Assembly: GCF_023585785.1 (NCBI RefSeq) | Contig: NZ_CP097765.1 | Location: 690,001 to 722,000 of the forward strand | Length of the DNA stretch: 32,000 nucleotides | From: Blochmannia endosymbiont of Camponotus modoc | GTDB lineage: Bacteria; Pseudomonadota; Gammaproteobacteria; Enterobacterales; Enterobacteriaceae | Direction of reading: 5' to 3' | The notes under the pieces: model-generated | The model's input: only the letters and a program-made list of their open reading frames with translations | Databases searched by the model: none | What the model was told of the DNA's origin: nothing | Part shown: piece after piece, positions 12,239-23,701 of the stretch | Layout: each line of letters begins with the position of its first letter | Position numbering within the stretch: position 1 is the stretch's first letter | Program-made: the position numbers and the translations under genes

Positions 12239-14041
12239 ATGATAAAATATATACGTAATTTTTCTATTATTGCGCATATTGATCACGGAAAATCAACATT
12301 ATCTGATCGGTTGATTCAGACTTGCGGTGGATTAAACGAACGCGAAATGACATCCCAAGTATTAGATTCCATGGAGTTAGAAAGAGAACGTGGTATTACT
12401 ATAAAATCACAAAATGTGACACTCAATTATACGTCTAAAAACGGCCAGCCTTATCAACTGAATCTTATTGACACGCCTGGTCATGTTGATTTTTCTTATG
12501 AAGTTTCTCGATCTTTAGCAGCATGTGAAGGTGCCTTATTAATAGTAGACGTTACTCAAGGAGTAGAAGCGCAAACTGTGGCCAATTATCGAATTGCTAA
12601 AGAAATGAATTTAAAAATTATTGTGGCATTAAATAAAATTGATTTATCAACAGCAGATCCTAATCGAGTATCTCAAGAAATTAAAAACATCATTGGTATC
12701 GACGTAAATAATGCAATACAATGTTCAGCTAAAACTGGTTCTGGCATACCAGAATTAATAGAGTGTTTAATTCATGATATTCCTCATCCTCAAGGAGATC
12801 CATGCGCTCCTCTGCAAGCACTAATTATAGATTCTTGGTTTAATAAATATTTAGGTGTTGTATCGTTAATATGTATTAAAAATGGCAAATTATATAAAGG
12901 TGATGTATTGAAATCAATGAATACAGGGCAAAAATATACTGTTGATCAAATAGGTATCTTCACTCCAAAACAAGTAAAACGAGAAATATTAGATTGTGGA
13001 GAAGTAGGTTGGTTAGTCTGTGCTAACAAAAATATCATAAAAACCCCTGTAGGAGATACATTCACTCTGTCAACTCGTCCCGCAAAAAAAGCATGTCATG
13101 GTTTTAAAAAACTTCAACCTTATGTTTATGCGGGATTATTTCCTATAGGTTCTAAAAATCAAAAAATCTTTCGTGACGCTTTATACAAACTTAGTTTAAA
13201 TGATTCTTCTCTATTTTATGAGCCAGAAAGATCAGAATTTTTAGGTTTAGGATTTCGTTGTGGGTTTCTTGGATTGTTACATTTAGATATAATCCAGGAA
13301 AGATTAAGACGTGAATATTCACTTGATTTACTTGTTACAGCTCCAATGGTAATATATGAAATATTAACCATTGACAATCGAATAATGTATGTAGATAGTC
13401 CATCAAAATTGCTTTCTTTAACTAGAATTAAAGAAATACGTGAACCTATTGTTTTATGTAACATATTGCTTCCAAAAAAGTATCTTGGAGAGATTATTTC
13501 TTTATGCATTAAAAAAAGAGGTACTCAAATTGACATAATATATCATGGTGCTCAAATTACATTAACTTACGAATTGCCTATGTCTGAAATAATATTGAAT
13601 TTTTTTGATCAAATAAAATCAGCATCTCATGGATATGCTTCATTTGAATATAAATTCATTCGTTTTCAGATATCGAATATAGTATGCATAGAAATATTAA
13701 TTAATAAAAAACGTATTGATGCATTAACGGTAATTACGAATCAAGAACAATCTATATATCATGGCCGTCTATTAGTTAATAAATTACAAAAATTAATCCC
13801 AAGACAACAATTCGATATTGTGATTCAAGCAACTATTGGTAAGAGAATAATATCACGTGATATTGTAAAACAACTGCGGAAAAATGTTTTAGCAAAATGT
13901 CATGGAGGCGATGTAACTCGAAAGAAAAAATTGTTATATAATCAAAAAGAAGGAAAAAAACGCATGAAACAAATAGGCAATGTTAATTTACCACATACCG
14001 TATTTCTAGCAATCTTTGATGTCAATAACAATAAAAAATAA
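12239..14041 (+). CDS. lepA: Elongation factor 4 (LepA)
   Basis: The 600-aa ORF starts [21 protein letters not shown] and has DTPGHVDF and NKID GTPase motifs. It heads the lepA-lepB-rnc operon. Confidence 0.96.
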   Translation: MIKYIRNFSIIAHIDHGKSTLSDRLIQTCGGLNEREMTSQVLDSMELERERGITIKSQNVTLNYTSKNGQPYQLNLIDTPGHVDFSYEVSRSLAACEGALLIVDVTQGVEAQTVANYRIAKEMNLKIIVALNKIDLSTADPNRVSQEIKNIIGIDVNNAIQCSAKTGSGIPELIECLIHDIPHPQGDPCAPLQALIIDSWFNKYLGVVSLICIKNGKLYKGDVLKSMNTGQKYTVDQIGIFTPKQVKREILDCGEVGWLVCANKNIIKTPVGDTFTLSTRPAKKACHGFKKLQPYVYAGLFPIGSKNQKIFRDALYKLSLNDSSLFYEPERSEFLGLGFRCGFLGLLHLDIIQERLRREYSLDLLVTAPMVIYEILTIDNRIMYVDSPSKLLSLTRIKEIREPIVLCNILLPKKYLGEIISLCIKKRGTQIDIIYHGAQITLTYELPMSEIILNFFDQIKSASHGYASFEYKFIRFQISNIVCIEILINKKRIDALTVITNQEQSIYHGRLLVNKLQKLIPRQQFDIVIQATIGKRIISRDIVKQLRKNVLAKCHGGDVTRKKKLLYNQKEGKKRMKQIGNVNLPHTVFLAIFDVNNNKK

Positions 14042-14059
14042 CTAAAGGATTTTATTTAT

Positions 14060-15055
14060 ATGATTAACGCATTTTCTTTAATCTTAGTAATTATTACGGG
14101 AATATCAGGTATTTTCTGGAGTATAAAAAAATTATATACATTAATGTATAATCGTGATCAACATAAAAAAATATTCCTTCAAAAATCAACCAATACTTAT
14201 CAACAATCAAAAAATGCTTATTCATTGATAATTTCATATTGTTCAATAATTTCTGAATTTATGTCCTCAATTTTTCCGATATTATTATTAGTATTTATAA
14301 TACGATCATTTGTTTTTGAACCATTCCGAATACCTTCTGGATCCATGATGCCTACTTTGTTAATAGGAGATTTTATTTTAGTAAAAAAATTCATATATGG
14401 CATTAAAAATCCTATTACTCAAAAAACATTAATTAATACTGGATATCCAAAACGCGGAGATATAATAGTATTTAAGTATCCTAAAAATACCGAACTAAAC
14501 TATATTAAACGAGTAATTGGAGAGCCAGGAGACAAAGTAATCTATAACATTATTACTAAACAATTAATAATATATGCGAATTATGTTAATAATGCTGCAT
14601 GCATACAACCATTACCCATTGTTTATAGCAATGTTGTTCCTAGTAATTTTATTCAAGTATTTGATAATGACGTAGACGGAAAGGTTAATTCTTCATTTAT
14701 TCAAATAGGACCGCATCAAAAAGGTCCTCATGGAATTCGACTTATTCAAACCACAGAATCATTCAGTGGAATAGAACACAATATCTTAACAATGATACCA
14801 CCTGGTGATCAAAACTTAATAAAAATGTATGATCAACATACAAAACACTTAATATCTGAGTGGTTAGTGCCCGCAGGTGAGTATTTTGTAATGGGAGATA
14901 ATAGGGATAACAGCGCAGATAGTCGTTATTGGGGATTTGTTCCTGAACGCAATATAATAGGAAAAGCAATAATAATTTGGATGAATATCAAAAAACAACA
15001 AGAAGGGATATGGCCAATTAGTATCCAATTCCATAGAATTGGTAATATACAATAA
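14060..15055 (+). CDS. lepB: Signal peptidase I
   Basis: The 331-aa ORF has N-terminal TM segments, the catalytic Ser box IPSGSMMPTL, the Lys box YIKRVIGEPGD and GDNRDNSADSRYWGFVP. Confidence 0.95.
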   Translation: MINAFSLILVIITGISGIFWSIKKLYTLMYNRDQHKKIFLQKSTNTYQQSKNAYSLIISYCSIISEFMSSIFPILLLVFIIRSFVFEPFRIPSGSMMPTLLIGDFILVKKFIYGIKNPITQKTLINTGYPKRGDIIVFKYPKNTELNYIKRVIGEPGDKVIYNIITKQLIIYANYVNNAACIQPLPIVYSNVVPSNFIQVFDNDVDGKVNSSFIQIGPHQKGPHGIRLIQTTESFSGIEHNILTMIPPGDQNLIKMYDQHTKHLISEWLVPAGEYFVMGDNRDNSADSRYWGFVPERNIIGKAIIIWMNIKKQQEGIWPISIQFHRIGNIQ

Positions 15056-15182
15056 GATGTTTATATTCTCTAATCATAGATTAGAATTATTGTATTACAT
15101 TTTTTGTAATTAATCTGGTTAAAATTGATTATAAAAAATTTTTTTCCATTAACATTGTAAGAATATACAACCCATAAATATT

Positions 15183-15887
15183 ATGTTAGTTAATACATTG
15201 CAAGAAAAACTTGGTTATATTTTTAATCGATATGACTTATTATTACAAGCACTAACTCATAGAAGTTCTAGCAATCGACACAATGAAAGACTAGAATTTT
15301 TGGGCGACGCTATATTAAACTATGTAATAGCTAACCTATTATATCATAGGTTTCCTCATATTAGCGAAGGAGATATGAGTAGAATGCGTGCAAATTTGGT
15401 ACGCGAAAATACATTAGCAACACTAGCACGAGAATTTAATTTAGGAGATTATCTACAATTAGGACAAGGAGAACTAAAAAGCGGGGGATATCAACGTGAA
15501 TCCATTTTAGCTAATACAATAGAAGCGTTGATAGGCGGTATATTTTTAGATAGTAATATTCAAACTATTGAAATATTAATTATTAATTGGTATAAAATTC
15601 GTATAGATCACATGGATCCTTATGCTTATGATAAACAAAAAGATCCAAAAACTCGTCTGCAAGAATATATGCAACATCGTCGTTTGCCGTTACCTGTATA
15701 TTGGATTAATCAAATAATTGGAGAGGCGCACAATCAAATATTTACGATAAATTGTCAAGTTAGTGAATTAACACAACCGATTATTGGATGCGGTTCTAGT
15801 CGGCGTAGAGCTGAACAAAATGCAGCAAAAAAAGTTTTAGAAATACTAGAGAAGAACATAACCAAAACATATGATCTGATCACGTGA
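15183..15887 (+). CDS. rnc: Ribonuclease III
   Basis: The 234-aa ORF has the signature [13 protein letters not shown] and a dsRBD C-terminus ([17 protein letters not shown]). Confidence 0.95.
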   Translation: MLVNTLQEKLGYIFNRYDLLLQALTHRSSSNRHNERLEFLGDAILNYVIANLLYHRFPHISEGDMSRMRANLVRENTLATLAREFNLGDYLQLGQGELKSGGYQRESILANTIEALIGGIFLDSNIQTIEILIINWYKIRIDHMDPYAYDKQKDPKTRLQEYMQHRRLPLPVYWINQIIGEAHNQIFTINCQVSELTQPIIGCGSSRRRAEQNAAKKVLEILEKNITKTYDLIT

Positions 15888-16560
15888 TCATTGATCGAAA
15901 ATCGCGTAATATATTAAGATCTTAAACAAAATCCCCTCATGTTATTAAGCTTATTCAATAAATAAGTATACAATTGTTAACAGGTATGTTTACTATTTTA
16001 AAACAATAACTTCACAAATTCAAAAATCAAATTAATTAATTTATTTCATTAATTACATTTTTGAACAAAAATCATCTCAAAAGAATTGTTAAGTCTAATT
16101 ATATATTACACATATATAAACAAACGTTCTTTGTCGATCTATTTTATAGAGATATTTTTATTTTGTTGTAATTTCAATACTGCTATATTCATATTATTTG
16201 AATCGACACAAATAATTTCAAAGCTGACAATATCAATATTTTCAGTATTCTGTGGAAGTTTAATATCAATAATATTTATATGAATAAAAATCTACATCGT
16301 ATAATAGTATATTCTTATAAAATGAAATTTATATATCTTCGCATAGTCCATTCAACCATTAAAGAATTATATGTAAAAATTGTAATTTTGAACTAGAAAT
16401 AACTATTTGTTATCAACATTATATTTTAATAGATCAACAGTACGGCATAATGTAATTTAAATTAAATAGAAACAACAAAAAATACATTTAAAAAGAAATA
16501 TATATAATTTATATTTATATTCGATAACTATCAAATAACTATATTTAAGGCATACATATA

Positions 16561-17295
16561 ATGTCAAATTTATTATTAGGTGTAAATATTGATCATATTG
16601 CAACATTACGTAATGCAAGAAATACTATATATCCTGATCCTATATATGCTGCATTCATTGCAGAACAGTCAGGAGCAGATAGTATTACTATACATTTAAG
16701 AGAAGATCGTCGTCACATTACCGATCGAGATGTCGAAATGTTACGTAAAACTATACAAACATCTATGAACTTAGAAATAGCAGCAACAGATGAAATGATT
16801 AATATCGCATGTACATTAAAACCACATTGTTGTTGTTTAGTACCTGAAAAGCGTCAAGAACTTACAACTGAAGGTGGTTTAGATGTAATTAATAAAGCAA
16901 ATAAATTACAAGATATAATATTTAAACTTACTGAAGCTGGAATTAGAGTTTCATTATTTATTGATCCTAATGAACAACAAATTAGTGTTGCATATAATAT
17001 AGGTGCTCCTTATATAGAACTACATACCGGAATGTATTCTCATGCTACAGATGCAACAACTCAAAACTTAGAATATAAACGTATTAAAAAAAGTGTGCAA
17101 TATGCTGTAAATAATGGTTTAAAAGTTAATGCTGGACATGGTCTTAATTATTATAACGTACGACCTATTGCGATGTTACCAGGAATACAAGAATTAAATA
17201 TAGGACATTCTATAATTAGCCGATCAATATTTTGTGGATTATCTAAAGCTATTCAAGATATGAAGAAATTAATACAAGACTCAAGAAGAGGTTAA
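16561..17295 (+). CDS. pdxJ: Pyridoxine 5'-phosphate synthase
   Basis: The 244-aa ORF starts [17 protein letters not shown] and has [14 protein letters not shown] and AGHGLNY blocks, as in E. coli PdxJ. Confidence 0.94.
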   Translation: MSNLLLGVNIDHIATLRNARNTIYPDPIYAAFIAEQSGADSITIHLREDRRHITDRDVEMLRKTIQTSMNLEIAATDEMINIACTLKPHCCCLVPEKRQELTTEGGLDVINKANKLQDIIFKLTEAGIRVSLFIDPNEQQISVAYNIGAPYIELHTGMYSHATDATTQNLEYKRIKKSVQYAVNNGLKVNAGHGLNYYNVRPIAMLPGIQELNIGHSIISRSIFCGLSKAIQDMKKLIQDSRRG

Positions 17296-17297
17296 TA

Positions 17298-17675
17298 GTG
17301 ATTCACGGAATCGGCATAGATATCGTTGATATTAGGAAAATAAAAAAAATAATAACACATAGCGGAGATAAGTTAGCTACACGTATACTTAGTAAATCAG
17401 AATGGAAAATATATAAAAATAAAAAGCATCCTGTGCATTTCTTAGCAAAACGTTTCGCTGCAAAAGAAGCGGTAGCTAAAGCATTTGGCACTGGAATAAG
17501 CCAAGGAGTAACATTTAATCAAATTGAAATATTTAACGATAAACTAGGAAAACCAATGCTACATTTATTCTCATGTACAGCTCTATTAGCTAATAAATTA
17601 TCATTAAAAAAAATGCATATTACTTTATCTGATACCAATTCGTATGCATGTGCGTTTGTTATATTGGAACGATAA
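17298..17675 (+). CDS. acpS: Holo-[acyl-carrier-protein] synthase (GTG start)
   Basis: [14 protein letters not shown] and [20 protein letters not shown] compare with E. coli ILGLGTDIVEIARI and [20 protein letters not shown]. The GTG start is 2 nt after the pdxJ stop. Confidence 0.93.
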   Translation: [125 protein letters not shown]

Positions 17676-17820
17676 AAAATAAGATATCAATATTAATGAT
17701 CTTGTAATTAAAAAAATTATTTTTATGTTTTGTCGTAACACAGAATGAGTATCTCAATATGCATTTCAGAATGATTTTATTAATTGTGTGGTGTAATATT
17801 TTTTTTATTTTACAATCTGA

Positions 17821-18288
17821 ATGTATGAAATAGAAGATGTAGATACGATATGGATGCGCCATGCTATTGCATTAGCTGCCCATGCTGAAATTATTGGAGA
17901 AATATCAGTAGGAGCTGTTTTAATTCAAAATGGTAAACTTATAAGTTACGGTTGGAATTCTTCTATTATATGCCATGATCCAAGTGCTCATGCAGAAATT
18001 GTAGCATTACGTACAGGGGGGAAAATTTTGGGCAATTATCGATTATTAGGTACTACTCTTTATGTTACTCTGGAACCATGTATGATGTGTATTGGCGCGA
18101 TAATTCATGCTCGTGTTTATCGATTAGTTTGTGGTGCTAAAAACAGTAAAACGGGACAAAGATCATGGCTAAAAAATACACTCCACCATCCAATGAATAA
18201 TCATCATGTATTTTTAACAACTGGGGTATTAGAGAAAGAATGTGCTTATCAATTGAATAAATTTTTTAAACGTCAACGTCAAACCTGA
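17821..18288 (+). CDS. tadA: tRNA-specific adenosine deaminase
   Basis: The ORF has the WMRHAIALA N-terminus and the zinc ligand motifs SAHAEIVALR and LEPCMMCIGAI. Confidence 0.92.
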   Translation: MYEIEDVDTIWMRHAIALAAHAEIIGEISVGAVLIQNGKLISYGWNSSIICHDPSAHAEIVALRTGGKILGNYRLLGTTLYVTLEPCMMCIGAIIHARVYRLVCGAKNSKTGQRSWLKNTLHHPMNNHHVFLTTGVLEKECAYQLNKFFKRQRQT

Positions 18289-18591
18289 TATCATCAAAGA
18301 ATATCAATAAAATTGATAATATAAACCAACCTTATATTTGTTTAAACTACACATAAAAACCTATAGGAGAATATCGTAACAAAAAAAGATATAGACCATA
18401 TCTTACTTAACAAGTAAGTGTTAATTTCATTAAAATAAATGTAATATACTCATATTTATATTTTTATATTTTATATATCATTAATAAAATTGTTATTAAA
18501 AGTAATTATTGCTTCATTTCAATTAAAATAGATTGATGTATTTTTACGTATACAATATATTTTTTTATTTAGATAAGATAAGAGGTTATAT

Positions 18592-19845
18592 ATGTCCATA
18601 TGTACAAATTATGATATTGAATTGTGGAAAATAATACAACAAGAAACTATTAGACAAGAGGAACACATTGAATTAATAGCATCTGAAAATTATGTTAGCC
18701 CTCAAGTTATGAAAGTACAAGGCTCTCAACTTACTAATAAATACGCTGAAGGCTATCCAGGTAAACGTTATTATGGTGGATGCGAATATGTTGACATGAT
18801 TGAACAATTAGGTATTAATCGTGCAAAAAAATTATTTTCTGCAGACTATGCAAATATACAACCACATTCTGGATCACAAGCTAATTTTTCTGTTTATAAT
18901 GCCTTACTACACCCCGGTGATACAATTTTAAGTATGCATCTAAATCATGGAGGACATTTAACGCATGGCTCACAAGTAAACTTTTCAGGAAAATTATATA
19001 ATGCTGTATTTTATGGGGTTGACGAAAATGGTTGTATTAATTATGAAAAAATATATCATTTAGCTGTAAAACATCAACCGAAAATGATCGTAGGGGGGTT
19101 TTCTGCGTATTCTGGTATTATAAATTGGTCTAAAATGCGCCAGATTGCAGATGCTGTTCAAGCATATCTATTTATTGACATGGCTCATATTGCAGGATTA
19201 GTTGCTGCGGGTGTATATCCAAATCCGTTACCACACGCACATGTAGTGACTGCTACTACTCATAAAACATTAGCAGGACCCAGAGGTGGTTTAATTTTAG
19301 CTAGCGGAGGTAATGATGTATTATACAAGAAATTAGATGCTTCAGTTTTTCCTGGTTCTCAAGGAGGTCCTTTGATGCATGTTATTGCAGCTAAAGCAAT
19401 TGCTTTAAAAGAAGCCATGGATCCATCTTTTAAGGTATATCAACAAAAAATTGTTCAAAATGCTAAGATAATGGTTAAAGAATTTACATTACGCGAATTC
19501 CAGATTATCTCTGGAATGACTCATAATCATCTTTTTTTATTAGATTTAAGAAATAAAAATATCACTGGGAAAGATGCCAGTACAGCTTTAGAACGAGCTA
19601 ATATTATTGTTAATAAAAATAGCATACCAAATGATTTTAGAAGTCCTTTTATTACCTCTGGTATACGTATTGGTACGCCAGCAATAACTAGACGTAATTT
19701 TAATGAAAACGATGTACGAAAACTATCTCATTGGATCTGTGATATATTAAATCATATCGATAACAATGAAATTATTTTTTCCATAAAAACCAAAGTTTTA
19801 CGTATTTGTTCTCAGTATCCCATATATAATAATAAAAGTTATTAA
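18592..19845 (+). CDS. glyA: Serine hydroxymethyltransferase
   Basis: The 417-aa ORF has [26 protein letters not shown] and the PLP-Lys block [16 protein letters not shown]. Confidence 0.96.
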   Translation: MSICTNYDIELWKIIQQETIRQEEHIELIASENYVSPQVMKVQGSQLTNKYAEGYPGKRYYGGCEYVDMIEQLGINRAKKLFSADYANIQPHSGSQANFSVYNALLHPGDTILSMHLNHGGHLTHGSQVNFSGKLYNAVFYGVDENGCINYEKIYHLAVKHQPKMIVGGFSAYSGIINWSKMRQIADAVQAYLFIDMAHIAGLVAAGVYPNPLPHAHVVTATTHKTLAGPRGGLILASGGNDVLYKKLDASVFPGSQGGPLMHVIAAKAIALKEAMDPSFKVYQQKIVQNAKIMVKEFTLREFQIISGMTHNHLFLLDLRNKNITGKDASTALERANIIVNKNSIPNDFRSPFITSGIRIGTPAITRRNFNENDVRKLSHWICDILNHIDNNEIIFSIKTKVLRICSQYPIYNNKSY

Positions 19846-19942
19846 AATAATATTACTGTAATAAATTATATCTAGAATAGAAAAATACAAATTTGTTCTT
19901 TCGAGATACAGAAACTTATTAATATCTTATTGAGGCAGATAT

Positions 19943-20737
19943 TTAAATAATTTGTATAATTGATAAAATAGTCCGGATTATTCTCACATTACCCGCAATT
20001 ATATTTCCAGACAGTAAATAATTGTCGGTTCCGGTAAAATCTATAATTAAACCTCCCGATTCACGAATTATTAAAAAACCACTAGCTAATTTATTAGTGT
20101 AGTTATTTTTTTTAAAAAAAATAGAAACACACCCATCTACACGTCCAACAGCAACATAGGCTAAATCTAAAATAGTTGATCCAGTATAACGAAAATATGC
20201 GCATTTATTACTAAACTTACTTAGTAGATTAATAGTCATATGTTGCTGTTCATAAGAACAAGATATAGCAATAATAGCCCTATGTAAACTTTTAGCAGTA
20301 CCCACACGAATCCGATAACCATTAAGATGAGCTCCTTTTCCACGGCAAGCACTAAATAACTCATTATGTATAGGATCATATATTACTCCTATTTCGATAT
20401 GGCCTTTAATAAATACGGAAATAGATAAAGCAAAAAAAGGAAACTGCTTAATAAAATTAATATCATTATCTATAGCTCCAATTATCCAGAAAACGCTTTC
20501 TTTGCAACTCACATCATTAATATCACGGGCATTCCATGTATTAATAACAGTATGTAGCGGATAAAATTTTCGAATAATTGCCGTAATAATGTAATATGAC
20601 TCTTTATTGATTTTAGAAATAAGATTATTTATATGATTTGACTGTACACTATTTTTATCAAACAATTCATATTGTTTAACGACAAAGTTCCCCGCCCTTC
20701 TTATAGCTTGAATAGCAATATTAAGCATCGGATGCAT
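19943..20737 (-). CDS. suhB: SuhB homologue (inositol monophosphatase family / Nus-associated factor) with degenerate catalytic motifs
   Basis: The 264-aa ORF shares the N-terminus MHPMLNIA with E. coli SuhB. The YDPxxNELFxAxRGxGAxLNGYRxR, FRxTGSxxLDLAYVAxGRVDG and DFTGxxNYxLxGNIxAGN blocks are conserved. The metal-ligand motifs are not conserved (see finding). Confidence 0.88.
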   Translation of the reverse strand: MHPMLNIAIQAIRRAGNFVVKQYELFDKNSVQSNHINNLISKINKESYYIITAIIRKFYPLHTVINTWNARDINDVSCKESVFWIIGAIDNDINFIKQFPFFALSISVFIKGHIEIGVIYDPIHNELFSACRGKGAHLNGYRIRVGTAKSLHRAIIAISCSYEQQHMTINLLSKFSNKCAYFRYTGSTILDLAYVAVGRVDGCVSIFFKKNNYTNKLASGFLIIRESGGLIIDFTGTDNYLLSGNIIAGNVRIIRTILSIIQII

Positions 20738-21583
20738 AAAGTATTCATCCAGTAATTCTCATTAAATGAAAAATAGAACATATCAAAACCTGCCCACATA
20801 TTATAAAACTATATTTTTTTAAATAACACAGATATTGTATTATAATTGAACTCACCACGTAATACATGTGTTCTTAACATACATAATCACTAAAAATACC
20901 TTCAATCTCATGTTATAAATAAAACATTCATTTTCATTACAAATATATGTAGGATATACGATACAGATCCGTTCATAGATTTATTATTTCTGTGAAAATA
21001 ATAAATTGCATTACAATGAAAGATCGAATTCTTTAAAAATTAATTAAAAAAGTATTTTGTATGGACATGTTGATAAACAGTGATACACAATATAACAATC
21101 CACTATTATTTAATATATTTTTTAAAAAAAACTGCATTATTTTCACTAAAAATATTTTTTTATAAATAGTTAATTTTTATTACTACAAATAATACCAATA
21201 CTTACAATCATTTGTTATGGTCAAATTTTTATTACAACATTACATACGAAAAGTATTGTACATAATTGAAATAACGCTTTACTATCGATTTAATATACAC
21301 TGCTTACAGCATATATTATAAATATGATGTATCGTTAACATGTATTTATATAACCTCAATTAAACGTTTACAGAGATAAAAATATAAAATAGGTTTCAAT
21401 ATTTTATATAGTAACAAATAATAATATCATATAAAATGAATGTTTTGACGTAAAATATAAATCAATCCTAAGAATAAATATATTTTAGAGCATTTAATTT
21501 AATATATTATACAAATAGCGCTGATTTTATAATTTTTATATTTTATACATCAAAATAAGTTTTTGATTTTTGGAGTATGTTAG

Positions 21584-22753
21584 ATGAAGTTACCAATATA
21601 TTTTGACTATGCTGCTACTACTCCCGTAGATCCCAGAGTAGTAGAAAAAATGATACAATATTTTACCCTAGACGGAATATTTGGTAACCCGTCTTCTCGT
21701 TCTCATTATTATGGATGGAAAGCAGAGGAAGCGATAGATTTAGCGCGTAAACAAATTGCTCAGTTGATAGGTGCTGAATCACGTGAAATCATTTTTACTT
21801 CAGGAGCTACTGAATCAGTAAATTTAGCTATTAAAGGAATAGCTCAATCTTATCGCAAAAAAGGAAAGCATATTATTACCAGCATGACGGAACACAAATC
21901 AGTTTTAGATACTTGTCAATATCTTGAGAATAAAGGGTTTGAAATTACCCGTATAACTCCACAACCCAATGGTTTAATCGCTTTCGAACAAATTAGTAAC
22001 GCACTACGTGATGATACAATTTTATTATCTATTATGCATGTAAATAATGAAATCGGTGTAATCCAAGACATCAAAAAAATTGGTGAATTATGTCGTCTAC
22101 ATGACATAATATTTCATGTAGACGCAACCCAAAGCGTTGGTAAATTACATATTGATCTATCTGATTTACCGGTGGATTTAATGTCTTTCAACGGCCATAA
22201 ACTATATGGCCCGAAAGGTATAGGTGGTTTGTACATACGACAACATAGGTATCCAAAACTCCATATTACTGCTCAAATGCATGGAGGAGGACATGAATAC
22301 GGTATGCGTTCTGGTACATTGCCAGTCCATCAAATAGTTGGTATGGCTGAAGCATATCGTTTAGCTAGAGAAACAATGACGACAGAAATGATTTATTTAA
22401 AAAAAATGAGAGATCGTCTATGGCAAGGATTACAACAAATTGAAGGAGTATTAATTAATGGCGATTTAGAGTATAGTATAGGCACATTGTTGAATATTAG
22501 TTTTAGTAATATTGACGGCGAAACACTAATTATAGCATTAAAAGATTTTGCATTATCTTCTGGATCTGCTTGTACCTCTGGCACTTTAAATCCATCACAT
22601 GTATTGCAGGCTTTAGGAAGAAATAATGAACTAGCATATAATTCAATCAGATTTTCTCTAGGGCGTTTCACAACTGAAGAAGAAATAGAGTACGCTATCC
22701 ATCATATAGCTGCTACTGTTATGAAATTAAATGCTATGATACATTTATTATAA
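21584..22753 (+). CDS. iscS: Cysteine desulfurase IscS (389 aa, short C-terminus)
   Basis: [19 protein letters not shown], the PLP-Lys block [14 protein letters not shown] and the catalytic Cys loop [21 protein letters not shown] match E. coli IscS. A GGAG SD lies upstream. Confidence 0.94.
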   Translation: MKLPIYFDYAATTPVDPRVVEKMIQYFTLDGIFGNPSSRSHYYGWKAEEAIDLARKQIAQLIGAESREIIFTSGATESVNLAIKGIAQSYRKKGKHIITSMTEHKSVLDTCQYLENKGFEITRITPQPNGLIAFEQISNALRDDTILLSIMHVNNEIGVIQDIKKIGELCRLHDIIFHVDATQSVGKLHIDLSDLPVDLMSFNGHKLYGPKGIGGLYIRQHRYPKLHITAQMHGGGHEYGMRSGTLPVHQIVGMAEAYRLARETMTTEMIYLKKMRDRLWQGLQQIEGVLINGDLEYSIGTLLNISFSNIDGETLIIALKDFALSSGSACTSGTLNPSHVLQALGRNNELAYNSIRFSLGRFTTEEEIEYAIHHIAATVMKLNAMIHLL

Positions 22754-23290
22754 TTTTACAATAAAAAATAAATTAATTTATTTTTCATATATGAAGTTTA
22801 TGACGATAATCAGTATATCTATAAAAAAATCCAAGAAATTTTATTAATATCATTCGAAATAATAAATAAAAAATAATTATTAAAAAGAATATTTTTTTGT
22901 AGATTAGGTTTCATCTCTTATTTTTTAATATTTTTATTATTAAGTTTTCCACATAATTAATTTCTATGTAACCATTTTTACGTATTTGTTTTAATGTTAA
23001 AAATTTAAGATATTGCATTAATGTTATTCGTAAACGGTAAGGATTTTATTATCAATCAACACTCGGATCATATAATTAAGATCGATAAAAATATTTTATT
23101 TCACAATAAAATACAAATATGGATATTTCTACTTGTCTGTTTTGTGTTTATTCTGAGTTTAATTTGTAGTTTTTGAATCGTTGTAGATTTCAAAAGCATT
23201 AAATAATATAAACAATATTATCTGTAATAATTATTGTTTTTATATTTATTTCCTATACAATTATATTAATAAAGACTAATAGGAGTTTTT

Positions 23291-23701
23291 ATGGTTTGTA
23301 AAGAAAATACGCTGTCAATCATAAAACCAGATGCCGTTGCTAAAAACATAATCGGATCTATAATTAGTAGATTCGAGGCTGCTGGTCTTATTATTGTGGG
23401 AGCTAAACTATTACAATTAACATATATACAAGCTTCCGAATTTTATTTTGAACATCAAAAAAAATATTTTTTTGACAGTTTAATAAATTTTATGATTTCT
23501 GGACCAGTATTTGTACAAATACTGGAAGGTAATAATTCGATACAACGTAATAGAGAAATTATGGGAGCCACTGATCCAGCGAATGCGTTAGCAGGTACCA
23601 TTAGATCCGATTATGGTTATAATTATACTAAAAATGCCATTCATGGATCAGATTCTAAAAAATCTGCTATACGTGAAATTTCTTATTTCTTTGATATATA
23701 A
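23291..23701 (+). CDS. ndk: Nucleoside diphosphate kinase
   Basis: The 136-aa ORF has [29 protein letters not shown] and the catalytic His in NAIHGSDS. Confidence 0.94.
   Translation: MVCKENTLSIIKPDAVAKNIIGSIISRFEAAGLIIVGAKLLQLTYIQASEFYFEHQKKYFFDSLINFMISGPVFVQILEGNNSIQRNREIMGATDPANALAGTIRSDYGYNYTKNAIHGSDSKKSAIREISYFFDI

Noticed and set aside
15056-15182. Small hairpins after lepB (TCTAATC-ATA-GATTAGA, ATTAC-N7-GTAAT), considered as terminators within the lepB-rnc operon
   Set aside because: The stems are only 5-7 bp and AT-rich, with no T tract. Such hairpins are abundant by chance at this composition, and lepB-rnc are co-transcribed in E. coli.
16086-16283. 65-aa ORF in the rnc-pdxJ scar, considered as a possible small membrane protein or an era/recO relic
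   Set aside because: It starts with TTG and has no SD. Its Ile/Phe/Leu/Asn-rich composition is what AT-rich noncoding DNA yields. I see no similarity to Era or RecO.
22900-23280. Possible second strand-composition reversal in the iscS-ndk spacer
   Set aside because: The hand count gives only a weak G excess (34 against 27). The stretch is short, and both flanking genes show the same lagging-type composition as the rest of the window. A gene relic explains it better than a replication feature.
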